Below are positions 44,487-54,019 of a stretch of 64,000 bases of DNA, piece by piece (position 1 is the first letter of the stretch; every line of letters begins with the position of its first letter). Origin of the DNA: Nitrospirota bacterium (GTDB taxonomy: Bacteria > Nitrospirota > Nitrospiria > Nitrospirales > Nitrospiraceae); contig CAVPBK010000012.1 of NCBI GenBank assembly GCA_963701855.1, positions 1 through 64,000 on the forward strand. Direction: 5' to 3'. The position numbers and the translations under genes were made by a program. Below the pieces are notes generated by a model. It made no database searches and was not told where the DNA came from. It saw only the letters and a list, made by a program, of their open reading frames with translations.

Positions 44487-44971
44487 TCACCTACGCCCCT
44501 TTCGCCACTCCCACGGCGGCAGGGGATACGGGTCGGCCCACAGGCCTCGCCACGCTTCCGTGCCTCAGTCTCCAACTGTTCCAGCGCGACATTCCTCGGC
44601 ACATACTTCCGATACCACCAGCACCATCCGTCTTTGACCAACGTGTGATTCATGTTGGTGCCATCAGGCAGGATCACATCGGCAAGGGTGCGCTTGTACT
44701 TGTCGTAGCCGTGCGTCTGGATTGTGACTTCTTTGCCAAAGGCGAGGTCAGAGGCGGCCTGCTTTGCACGATGGCCGAAGGCTTGGCCTTTCTCAGGGCA
44801 GTCGATGCCACTGAGGCGGACACGCTCAGCATGGTGGCCATTCAGTACTTCGATGATGTCGTCATCGAGGACGGAGACAACGGGGCCGGTGAAGTCAGCG
44901 AAGGCCAGTGCAGGAAGAAGCGACAAGAATGTCGCGAATATGAGAGATGGCCGTATTGAGAAGGGTGTCAT
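44487..44971 (-). pseudogene. Thermonuclease, near full length, frameshift near 44550
   Basis: Signal peptide, FTGPVVSVLDDDIIEV, RLSGIDCPE, DKYKR, WWYRKY. Confidence 0.9.
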
Positions 44972-45476
44972 CGCTGTCTTTCGGCGGAACGCTCCAAACC
45001 GTGCCATGTCCATCGGGCACATAGCTAGCTGAAAACCGCACATCTCCCTCCTCCCTCTTAGACGCGGCAACCTTGGTCAGTCACGGGCTGACCCCCCGAC
45101 TCGCCATGATCCATCAAGGGTTATCGGCACTTCTCCTCCGTTGCTCCGCCACATGCCCGCCAAGGAATCCCCTAATTTCAACGGACTGCGACCAACGGAT
45201 TGAAGTGAACGAGGACGGCATGCTCTGTGCCTTACGACGATGCTGTAGGCACAATTCACGTGAGCAGTTTGAGGATTGTGCATATTTTTTTGAAAGGAGA
45301 CACACCATGACGATGATCGATGCGGTGTTGTTCAATGGTTCGCAGTATATCGTGTCGCTTGGACTCTTGGCCCTGGCGTGGGCAACGTTGCAGAGCAAAA
45401 ATACATGAACGCAGAGTTCGGCGGCGCGCACTGTTTGTAGCGTGAACGGTATTCACCACTAACCCAAGGAGGTCCC

Positions 45477-45767
45477 ATGATATCCATTCCCCAAGTTGGC
45501 AGCATCCTGTGTGGCATGGCGTTACTCTTGACTGCGTCCTACGCGGTCGCGCAAGCGCCGAATGACCCGACGCACAACCGGACCATCAAGGGCGACGTAG
45601 CGCGCATCGACTATGCGTACTATGTCGTCAAGGAGCAGGACGGCCGGGAAGTGCGCGTGCATGCAGATAAGACGACGCAGATGATGGGACAGCTCAAGCA
45701 GGGCGATCGTGTTGAAGCGGAAGTCACCGCTGAGAACCACATCCTGCGGATGCGTCCACTCCCCTGA
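45477..45767 (+). CDS. Small exported OB-like protein
   Basis: TIKGDVARID...GDRVEAEV. Confidence 0.75.
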   Translation: MISIPQVGSILCGMALLLTASYAVAQAPNDPTHNRTIKGDVARIDYAYYVVKEQDGREVRVHADKTTQMMGQLKQGDRVEAEVTAENHILRMRPLP

Positions 45768-45913
45768 GTCAATCTCTCATGGCCGCGGAAGGATGTGTTT
45801 TTGAGCTAGCGCATCCTTCCGCGGCCATGGTCGACCTTGATGATCTTTTCCGAATAGGCGTGACCAATTCCCCACTCACTCGGTCTGCGCTTACAACAAC
45901 CAAGGAGGTTGCC

Positions 45914-46285
45914 ATGTTATCTATGCTGAAAGCCATCGGTGCTCTGTCTTGTGGTTTCGTGCTGTGCGTGAGTTTGCCCAACACCACACAGGCCATCAAC
46001 AATCTGGCGCAAGAATTGGAACAACAAGAAGCTGACGAGCAAGCCGACAGGCTATCCGGTGCGGTGAAACAAGAGAAGGAAACACCGACGGGCGCCATCA
46101 CAGTTCGAGGTGAAGTGTTACGCATTAAACGCAATAACTATTTGATCAGGAAATTTACTGGTGACGTAGAACACTTGCATCTCGACGACAACACTCAAAA
46201 GACCGAGACTATTCGCCAAGGGGATCGGATTGTGGCGAAGGTGGACGATCAGAGGCATGTGTTGCTGATTGGACCGATTCAATAA
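45914..46285 (+). CDS. Small exported OB-like protein
   Basis: TVRGEVLRIK...GDRIVAKV; AGGAGG RBS. Confidence 0.75.
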   Translation: MLSMLKAIGALSCGFVLCVSLPNTTQAINNLAQELEQQEADEQADRLSGAVKQEKETPTGAITVRGEVLRIKRNNYLIRKFTGDVEHLHLDDNTQKTETIRQGDRIVAKVDDQRHVLLIGPIQ

Positions 46286-46299
46286 ACCGTTCCACTGCC

Positions 46300-46774
46300 G
46301 GTGCTGCTGCGAGAGACCCACGGGGGGGTTAGGCGAGGGATCAGCCCAGAGACCTTGCTTGGCCTCCCGTGTGTTCGTCTTTAGCTTCTCCAGTTCCGTA
46401 TCGAGCGGCGCATACTTCCGATACCACCAGCACCAGCCGTCTTTGACCAGCATGTGATTGACGTTGGTACCATCCAGCAGGAGCACATCGGCTAGGGTGC
46501 GCTTGTACTTGTCGTAACCGTGCGTCTGAAGGGTCACGTCTTGGCCAAATGCGAGTGCTGAGGCCGACTGTTTGGCTTTTTGACCAAAGGCTTGGCCTTT
46601 CTCAGGGCAGTCGATGCCGCTGAGGCGGAAGCGTTCAGCATGGTGGCCGTTTAGCACTTCGATGGTGTCGCCGTCGAGAACACTGACGACAGGGCCAGTG
46701 AAGTCGGCGAAAGCGACGGTTGGCGGTAACAGTATCAGCGAGAGAACAACAACTAGGCGCAACTGGCGTGGCAT
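46300..46774 (-). CDS. Thermonuclease (SNase-like), catalytic motifs intact, frameshift at extreme C-terminus
   Basis: LDGDTIEV, RLSGIDCPE, DKYKRTLA, GLWADP; G7 run at 46322-46328. Confidence 0.85.
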
Positions 46775-46895
46775 AGACAGGCCTTCCAGCATGGGGAATC
46801 GATAGCTCAGGCTGATCCCCTGGGCCTGCTCCCGCTGAGCAAGAGGATGAACCGGCTTGCCGAGCGCCTCTCCCTCACCGGGTTAGGTTGGGTGG

Positions 46896-47351
46896 TTATC
46901 CGAGTTTGTTAAGCTCGTCATCATGCTTTTTTAATAGGACTTCTGTTTGACGCATTCTCTCTTTACTGTCGCGATCACAGTGATCGAAATGTGCCCTGGC
47001 CTTGTCCCAATCTGAGCGGCTTACTACCTTGCGTTGTGGTATCCCTTTGTCATGGTAGTCAATCACAAAGACGCTGCCGTTCTCGGAGCACTTCTCCATG
47101 TCCTCAAGTTTCATATGCGTCCCAGCTATCCATGTCTCTTGAGTATAGCCGGTCTCAGGATTCAGTATGTGCGCGGTGACGGATTGATTACCTGACTTCA
47201 CCACTTTAAATACTCCTTCCTCCCCCTTTTGCATCTTCTCCCGCCACGCCTTCGTGACGACCACATCCTTCATGATGCCGTTTTCTTGTTCAATCTGAAT
47301 GGTCATCTTTTCGCCAAACATCGCATCAAATAATCCTGTACTAAACTTCAT
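46896..47351 (-). CDS. Hypothetical protein
   Basis: About 150-aa ORF, lower GC. Confidence 0.55.
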   Translation of the reverse strand: MKFSTGLFDAMFGEKMTIQIEQENGIMKDVVVTKAWREKMQKGEEGVFKVVKSGNQSVTAHILNPETGYTQETWIAGTHMKLEDMEKCSENGSVFVIDYHDKGIPQRKVVSRSDWDKARAHFDHCDRDSKERMRQTEVLLKKHDDELNKLG

Positions 47352-47550
47352 CTCACCCCCATTGGTTACACGCAATCTCCCACATGTTGGAGACGGTGGC
47401 TTCTTCTATGGACATGATCTCGTGTTTGGGGAGTTGTCGTTCATGGCGTAAACTCGTGTTTTCTGTTTCACCACAGTCTGGACCTTGATCGTGTCGTAGG
47501 TGGCCTCCCGCACTGATGATACTCCTCTTGATCATCATGAACATTGACCG

Positions 47551-47934
47551 CTATCTCTCAGGACTATCCCGACAAGCTTTCCGCAAGGCCTGGTAGAGGG
47601 CCCGGTGGACCATGAGGAGATGTCGCTCGCTCGGTCTGGCATCCAGCTCTGCCTTGAGTATGTCCCGTATCTGATCGGAAGTCATTCCTGCAACGCAGGG
47701 GTTGATCCAGAACAAGCCTGGCGTCTTCAGTGTGGCAGCGAGATCTAACCCATCCGCGACACCCATGGCATACGTGGCTTGCTCGGTTTTATTTAGCCCC
47801 AACCAATCATTGCCACTCATGAACCCTTTGGGCACATGTGCTTCATCAAGGCCCATCTCGGCTGTGGAAGAGAGAGCAGTGCCGAGTAGTAATCCGAGAA
47901 CCAATGGCGCTAGCCCAAGAATGTATTTCAACAT
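47551..47934 (-). CDS. Rap1a/Tai-like exported protein
   Basis: Signal peptide; SGNDW...YAMGVADG...C...TSDQIRDILK..L...P..RH...AL...C pattern. Confidence 0.55.
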   Translation of the reverse strand: MLKYILGLAPLVLGLLLGTALSSTAEMGLDEAHVPKGFMSGNDWLGLNKTEQATYAMGVADGLDLAATLKTPGLFWINPCVAGMTSDQIRDILKAELDARPSERHLLMVHRALYQALRKACRDSPER

Positions 47935-48021
47935 ATGCCCTCCTCGGAAGACGCGGTCTCATGAGCAGTGATGCATGCTCGTCTCTTTGGTGTCATCCGT
48001 CACAAGAGCTGGCTTACCGAA

Positions 48022-48074
48022 AATAGAGGTCTCGCAGGGAGGCATATTGTAGGAAGGGGACGATCAAACCGCAA
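48022..48074 (-). promoter_or_regulatory. Repeated promoter module (copy 8), leader lost
   Basis: TTGCGG-17nt-TACAAT, CCTCCCTGCGAGACCTCT. Confidence 0.7.
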
Positions 48075-48197
48075 GGCGGGGCGTGGGGAATTGGTGGTAT
48101 TGATTGGAGGAACTTTTCTGGATGGCAGGTTACTTTTCAGGTCTGGATAAACCTCTTACTGACAACTATGTGCCGATCGATTTCTTGTTGCGTCCAC

Positions 48198-48704
48198 TCA
48201 ACGGTTCAGTTTCCGCCACTCCCACGGCGGCACGGGTTGCGGATCAGCCCACAAGCCTTTCCTCGCTTGGCGTGCCTCCGCCTCTAGCTTCTCTAGGACT
48301 GTATCCCCTGGCTCATACTTGCGATACCACCAGCAACAACCGTCTTTGACAAGCGTCTGGTTGACGTTCGATCCATCGGACAGAAGCACATCGGCCAGAG
48401 TGCGCTTGTACTTGTCATAGCCGTGCGTCTGGAGCGTGACGTCTTTCCCAAAGACTAAGGCTGACGCAGCCTGCTTGGCCTGCTTGCCGAACGCTTGGCC
48501 TTTCTTCGGGCAATCGATGCCGCTGAGGCGGATACGCTCAGTATGGTGGCCGTTCAGGACTTCGATCGTGTCGCGGTCAATTACCCCGACGACTCTTCCG
48601 GTGAAGTCGGCAGCAAGGCCCAGAACCGGACACAGCAGAACGATGTAAATGAACCAAAGAATTACTGCGGCTAAGAACAAAGTGGAGGGCGGTAAGAACC
48701 TCAC
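48198..48704 (-). CDS. Thermonuclease (SNase-like), full length, motif substitutions
   Basis: IDRDTIEV, RLSGIDCPK (conserved E replaced by K), PVPPWEWRK. Confidence 0.85.
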   Translation of the reverse strand: MRFLPPSTLFLAAVILWFIYIVLLCPVLGLAADFTGRVVGVIDRDTIEVLNGHHTERIRLSGIDCPKKGQAFGKQAKQAASALVFGKDVTLQTHGYDKYKRTLADVLLSDGSNVNQTLVKDGCCWWYRKYEPGDTVLEKLEAEARQARKGLWADPQPVPPWEWRKLNR

Positions 48705-48758
48705 AAATATTCTTCCTATGGGACCATGGCACAGCCATGGCAGCCTCCTGGCTGCCTC

Positions 48759-49157
48759 CTATGGACGAAACGACTTTGTCTGACGTTTTCGATCGCGGAC
48801 GACGAGTGAGGGGAGCCCCTCGTTGTCCACCGAGAGGACCAACCGTGTTTTGCCATCCACATCACGCACCTCTACTCCGGTGTCCTTGGAGATCCCGACC
48901 CGCACCCGCGCAGTATCAAACTCATCGCGCATGGTGAGGACCGGCTGCCCTTCGTCGTTGAAGGAAAGGGCGGCTCGCGTGTGCCCCTGTTGATCAATGA
49001 GGCGGAACTCCTTGGCACTGACGACGGCGGGCACCTCCCCTGCCGGTTCTTGCGCCGTGACAAGGCCTCCCCCGACCAGAAAGATGGCGACAATTCCGCC
49101 AAGCAGTCCAGATAGCATACTGACCGTGATGAGCACCCCTGTCTGTGGTCTGTCCAT
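48759..49157 (-). CDS. Hypothetical membrane-anchored protein
   Basis: TM segment, then AKEFRLIDQQGHTRAAL beta repeats. Confidence 0.7.
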   Translation of the reverse strand: MDRPQTGVLITVSMLSGLLGGIVAIFLVGGGLVTAQEPAGEVPAVVSAKEFRLIDQQGHTRAALSFNDEGQPVLTMRDEFDTARVRVGISKDTGVEVRDVDGKTRLVLSVDNEGLPSLVVRDRKRQTKSFRP

Positions 49158-49374
49158 GAGTCTTCTCCTTATTGTTACGTGGTCTTCGTTGGCAGCGTTC
49201 CTCCTGGCACGTCTCTCAAGATGAACACATGAGGGAACTCACGCCACAGCTAGGTTGGCTATGAGGCGCTGCGTTCACGCTAAATTCTGTCATGCTATCA
49301 GCTTACGAGGGTAGGAGCGAAAGGAAACGCCTGGGCTATTTCTGTCCAATCCTCACAAAGGAAGGGAGGTTCCA

Positions 49375-49719
49375 TCAACAGAGTTGCACCGTGGCAACCG
49401 TCGTGTCGTCGTTGACATATACATAGAAGCAACCACGGCTCGCCGTGTGCGGAGACTGCTGCACGAACAAGACGGACCATTCTCTGGCGTGCGAGTCAAA
49501 AATCACGCTGGTGATGTCGTAGTCATAGAGCTTCTGCTGGATCACCTTCCGGGCTGCCGTTTTGGCGAGGGTGAGCACCTCAGGCTGGGTCAACTGCGAG
49601 GAACTCTTGCCGGGAGAGGCATCAGGGCCTGAGGGCTGGGTAGAGCGCACAACCGTCGGTGCAAGACCTGCAAGACACAGGACAAGACCGACAGCTCTGA
49701 GAACTGTCGTGGCTCTCAT
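49375..49719 (-). CDS. Hypothetical exported protein
   Basis: Signal peptide; operon-like with the upstream genes. Confidence 0.55.
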   Translation of the reverse strand: MRATTVLRAVGLVLCLAGLAPTVVRSTQPSGPDASPGKSSSQLTQPEVLTLAKTAARKVIQQKLYDYDITSVIFDSHAREWSVLFVQQSPHTASRGCFYVYVNDDTTVATVQLC

Positions 49720-49755
49720 GTGATAACGCTCCGCGTGTGATCTGGCGTTCCACGC

Positions 49756-50055
49756 CTACTTCTGCTTCGCCACAATCTTGTATTTGATCCCCTCATACGT
49801 GGCTCGTGGAAGAATCTTCTTCTGCACCAACTCATCTTTCCGTGCATACGGTCGGCCCTTAATGATCTTTTCAGAGTACGCATCGCTAATACCGGGGAGC
49901 GCCTTGAGTTGGTCGGCGGTGGCCGTGTTGAGGTCGAGGAGATCGTCTTTCTCAGCCGCAGCGAGGACAGGGCCGGGACTGAGCGGGACAGACACAATGA
50001 GTCCCGTGATGGCAAACAGAAAGAATGCGCCGATGAACACACGTAGACCAGTCAT
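49756..50055 (-). CDS. ComEA-like helix-hairpin-helix DNA-binding protein
   Basis: LDLNTATADQLKALPGISDAYSEKII. Confidence 0.88.
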   Translation of the reverse strand: MTGLRVFIGAFFLFAITGLIVSVPLSPGPVLAAAEKDDLLDLNTATADQLKALPGISDAYSEKIIKGRPYARKDELVQKKILPRATYEGIKYKIVAKQK

Positions 50056-50420
50056 GATGCTGTCTCCTTCATTGGTGTGAGATCGTTCCTCACTTGTCGA
50101 ACCTGGACCTCGATCTTCCGTGCAAGCGCCTGCCCCTGCCGACTGAGCGACAAACGCACGGCACGACTATCCGTGACCGAACGACGCTTCCTGACCCAGC
50201 GTTTCCCCGCGAGGTCCTTCGCTACCACACTCAACGTCGGGAGTGTCACGAGGAGCGCGGTTGCGGCATCCGTCAGCTTGGCATCCATGTGCCGTTGCAG
50301 ATAGAGGAGCACGCCCGCTTGGAGCGGTGTCACGCGGATCGAGTCCAATCGTCGTCTGAACTAGCCGTGCAACTGCAACACCAGTTCCAGGAGTGTCAGC
50401 GCCTCATGGCCATTGTGCAT
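50052..50420 (-). pseudogene. MarR-family regulator with in-frame TAG at 50362-50364
   Basis: TPLQAGVLLYL...DSRAVRLSLSRQG. Confidence 0.75.
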
Positions 50421-50507
50421 GACGCCTCGCATAGTTAGTGCCTCGTCCCCTTCGCTACCCGCTGCCCCACCTCAATAAGCCGCCTCAACCATTTGAGCAC
50501 TACGCGA

Positions 50508-50972
50508 TCACTTCTTGCCACATGCAAGTTTCCATTCCCGTTTACCAAGAGTTTCTGGTGCAATTGGTATCCACTGGCCTTCCGCTAAGCTTGACGAAAC
50601 CACCTTACCTTTTCCCATGTTGCCAGCCATCTCGAAAATTGAATTCGTCCGAACGCGCTCTCCTTTGCAGTCGTACTCACTTCGCATCTTCGTAGAAAAA
50701 ACAGCGTCGCGTCCCGTGGTTATAGGAGTCTTGTAGTCATACAAGAGCCATATCTTCACCAGATTTCCGTTGCGACGAATGGTGTCTGGATCGAAGTGCA
50801 CCGTCATCCCGTCGGCTTCGGTAAGCCTCACCCATTCCGCATTCGCTGGAACAGTATTCAGCAGTAGGAGAGTTGTCATTGCCCAGAAGCTCAAAAAGAA
50901 GAGTGGCCCCGCGTTGTTCGTAACGGCGCAGTGCGCAGGAAAGCGACGGTGTGGGCGAATCGAGAAGGGCAT
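50508..50972 (-). CDS. Surface-adhesin-E-like protein carrying the conserved leader
   Basis: MPFSIRPHRRFPAHCAVTNNAGP + signal + FDPDTIRRNGNLVKIW...ACGKK. Confidence 0.75.
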   Translation of the reverse strand: MPFSIRPHRRFPAHCAVTNNAGPLFFLSFWAMTTLLLLNTVPANAEWVRLTEADGMTVHFDPDTIRRNGNLVKIWLLYDYKTPITTGRDAVFSTKMRSEYDCKGERVRTNSIFEMAGNMGKGKVVSSSLAEGQWIPIAPETLGKREWKLACGKK

Positions 50973-51024
50973 AGAGGCCTCGCAGGGAGAGGGTAGTGTA
51001 GGAGGGAAACGAACTATGGTGCAA
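50970..51024 (-). promoter_or_regulatory. Repeated promoter module (copy 9)
   Basis: TTGCAC-18nt-TACACT, CCCTGCGAGGCCTCT ATG. Confidence 0.7.
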
Positions 51025-51043
51025 GGGCCGATGCGATTGGTTA

Positions 51044-51292
51044 CTAGCGTCCTGGTCCAGTTGATGGCGGGATCGGGCCACGCCACGAGGCTTTGAGCAT
51101 CGCCACTGGTTGGTCTTTGTCAGGCCACCAGACGGTCAGTTCCCCATTGGTCTCCCGCACTTGCACCATGATGTCCCGAGATGGTGGGTCACGCCGAAAC
51201 CAGTAGCAGCCAGGTTGAGTGGGCGGCTCTGGGCTCCATTGGATATCCGTCGCTATTGGAGAGGGCTTACTGACCTTCGCCGTTGAATCCAT
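51044..51292 (-). CDS. Small hypothetical protein ('PTxPGxYWF' family)
   Basis: WSPEPPTQPGCYWF...WRGPIPP; paralogues at 58344 and 28526. Confidence 0.65.
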   Translation of the reverse strand: MDSTAKVSKPSPIATDIQWSPEPPTQPGCYWFRRDPPSRDIMVQVRETNGELTVWWPDKDQPVAMLKASWRGPIPPSTGPGR

Positions 51293-52381
51293 GCAGTGCC
51301 TCGAAAAAGCGGGTCTGACTGTACGACAGAATGCCGGGCTCTGCGGCTAGGGCAATCCCTCCAATCTCAAAAGGGAGGAATGGCCCGAGTTTCAGATTTC
51401 ATAGCCACTTCATGTGCCTGTCTCTATGTCATTCACGTCCTGACTCATACGCCTTCCTGCCCACTTCTGTCCCTATATGAGACTCTTGTCGGGCGGCAAA
51501 GCCTTGCCAGTCAAGGGATTTGACGCCATTCCCACGAATTGCGACGGGCTGTCGGCTCGATGGAAGAGTTAGGGGCACCCGTCGGTTCTCTCCAATGAGA
51601 CGTGCACCACGATTGACTACATCCGAGAGTTGCCCATTAGCCAGCCATCGCGGCAGATGTCGCTGACGATAGAGGCGATGTCTTGAGGAGTTTTGATTAT
51701 GTGGCTTCGAGAAGCCTCCAAGAGCGGTAATTTGGGATCTGCTTTATCTAGGTCATACATCGAACACTCGTGGTCGGAAATGAGGATGACCCGGTGTACT
51801 AGGCTGCCAGGGGGTATCAGAAGACGGAGGAAGGCCACGTCCACCAACGCAAGGTTCTGAATGGCGTGCAGGGTTGCTTTGGGCTGGCCCGTTGGGGCTA
51901 GTACGACAAAGTCGCCGACGCTTCCGCTCTGTATCAATAGCTCCGTGGGGGAGTGAGGGGATGTTGTTGCTCTGTGTGCGGTGTACGCACTGTGCACTCT
52001 TTCGGAGAGTGCACATTCAGCATCCATCGTGCTGCTCAGTGACTTGTCGTCGTCAACGAGGGTGAGACGTGATGGCGGGCTGCGAAACGCAATGCCGCCC
52101 TTTGCCGTTTGCATCACCTTCCGATACATGCTCTCGTGACCCCCCCCCTAAATTTTAAGTATGCTGCAGCCTACCCGTGCATACGCGCAAGTAAGCCAGA
52201 AACTGTGCCCGCCACCGCCTATATACCACCTCACGCCACTCACCGTCACCCCACGCGGCAACAAAAACCCCTTGTAACTATTGATGATCACAAGGGGCCT
52301 TTCATCGCAGGCAGTTGAGGGAGGATGTTTGTCTATACTCGAAAGACGAGTCCGTCCGTGGGGAGGTGTCAAGGCGAGAAA

Positions 52382-52600
52382 CTAGCGTGGGCGATTGAGC
52401 GGTTCGAATGGCGTATTGGGATTATACCGATTCGCCGAGTTCAACGGATTCTGTGGCTTGTATTGGTCGGCGGGATTGAATGGGTTAGTGGGACTGTAGC
52501 GATTCGCTGGATTGACCGGGTTTCCCGGATCATAGCGGTTCGCAGGGTTAAAAGGATTGTCTGGCGCGTAGGTCTGTGCGGGGTTCAGGGGTTGTCTGGC
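52382..52600 (-). pseudogene. 5'-truncated copy of the Asn/Pro repeat protein
   Basis: Close nucleotide match to 37076-37295. Confidence 0.8.
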
Positions 52601-52604
52601 GTCG

Positions 52605-52790
52605 GCGAAGAAGCGGGCCGAGCCATATACCAAGATTGTGGAAGAGTTACCGCAGATGCGAAGAGAAGCGGTGCAGTTAGTGCGGCAGGCAGTCGGCGCG
52701 GGACGACGCGTATATGCTCTGGTCAACAATCGGGCTGAAGGAAACACGCCTTTGACGGTTGAAGGACTTGTGGGGATGTTATTAAAATAA
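52605..52790 (+). pseudogene. DUF72-like protein C-terminal remnant
   Basis: AKKRAEPYTKIVEELPQMRREAVQLVRQAVGAGRRVYALVNNRAEGNTPLTVEGLVGMLLK*. Confidence 0.7.
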
Positions 52791-52825
52791 AGGCTCGGTT
52801 CCTTTCGGAGCCGAGCCTTTTATTT
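52785..52825. terminator. Bidirectional intrinsic terminator
   Basis: AAATAAAGGCTCGGTTCC-TTTC-GGAGCCGAGCCTTTTATTT hairpin. Confidence 0.8.
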
Positions 52826-52965
52826 CAGATTCCGGCATGGTCGCACTGCATGCACACGAGGAGGCGAGTGTCCCTGCACAGGGCTTCCATAGCGGTTTCT
52901 GACCTAACGCCACACTGACTACACCCCGGTGATCCGCTCGCTCCGCTCAGGACGCACAGTCTCAA

Positions 52966-53352
52966 TCACCGCAGTGCCACCGTCGCGGCGGTGGGAGTCT
53001 TGAGAAGACGCCTTAGGGTGTGTCCCAGGAGATCCAGCGAGGAGCCTTTTACAATGAACTCGCTCACCCCCAGCGCACGAACCTGCTGCTCCGTCTCGGG
53101 GGTACTGTCCCCCGTTAACATGATCACCGGCTGCTTGAGATCGACACTGCGTATCTGCTTCAAGACCGTGACCCCATCGAGGTCCGGCATGTTCAGATCA
53201 AGCACAATGACATCGGGGTGTGCTTGGCGATACAGCTGTAGGCCCTTGCAACCGTTGTCGGCGAGTATCACATCATATCCCTGCTGACGGAGTAGCAGGT
53301 CGAGCAGCGTTCGAACGTTCGGTGCATCATCAATGACGAGAACCTTCGCCAT
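52966..53352 (-). CDS. Single-domain response regulator
   Basis: VLVIDD, VLDLNMP, MLTG, FIVK. Confidence 0.92.
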   Translation of the reverse strand: MAKVLVIDDAPNVRTLLDLLLRQQGYDVILADNGCKGLQLYRQAHPDVIVLDLNMPDLDGVTVLKQIRSVDLKQPVIMLTGDSTPETEQQVRALGVSEFIVKGSSLDLLGHTLRRLLKTPTAATVALR

Positions 53353-53382
53353 GGTTACCCTTTCCACAATTTAATACCGGCC

Positions 53383-53646
53383 TCAGCATTCGAGGCTTTG
53401 ACTCGCGCTTTCCCCATCGGCGACTCGACGTTGGACCGGAGTTACAACCCCTGGACGGAGTGCAATCTGATAGGTCGGGCAACCAAGTTGTCGCATCAAT
53501 ACCCCTCCATGCCTCGACATCCGATCCACGGCGGTAAATACCTGACTCCAACTGTAGCTTCGGGATAGGTGCACGACGACATCATCTAGGCAACAGGGGC
53601 CACCGCTCCGCAACTTTTCAATGATCGACTCTTCTAGGTGCGTCAT
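53383..53646 (-). CDS. Small winged-helix-like hypothetical protein
   Basis: SWSQVFTAVDRMSR; paralogue of 61338-61589. Confidence 0.65.
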   Translation of the reverse strand: MTHLEESIIEKLRSGGPCCLDDVVVHLSRSYSWSQVFTAVDRMSRHGGVLMRQLGCPTYQIALRPGVVTPVQRRVADGESASQSLEC

Positions 53647-54019
53647 GGGTAGAACCTCCGGGTGAAGTGAGGGGCATGAGAAAGCATGCGTGCAGACAGA
53701 AATGCGGCGCGTCGGAACTAGAATATGGCCTCACCCGCCGCCCTTTAGCGCGGATGATGAACCTGCCCACCTCCTCCATGCTGTCTTCTTTTATACACTT
53801 CTGCGAAAAATCTGAGTGGGTTTCCCACCCCTGCGTTGCTTAGATGAAGATCGGGTTGAATCTGCTGACTGAACAATTTTGACCAGATTGCCTTCCTCCT
53901 AGCCTGATGCAGTTTCTGCCCCTAGTACCAACTTGGCCTAGCGTTCTCAAGGGGAGCTGGCCATGGGAGTCACACCGATGGCGACATTTAATCCCCAGAC
54001 GTTCCTCAAAGAGATCGGC

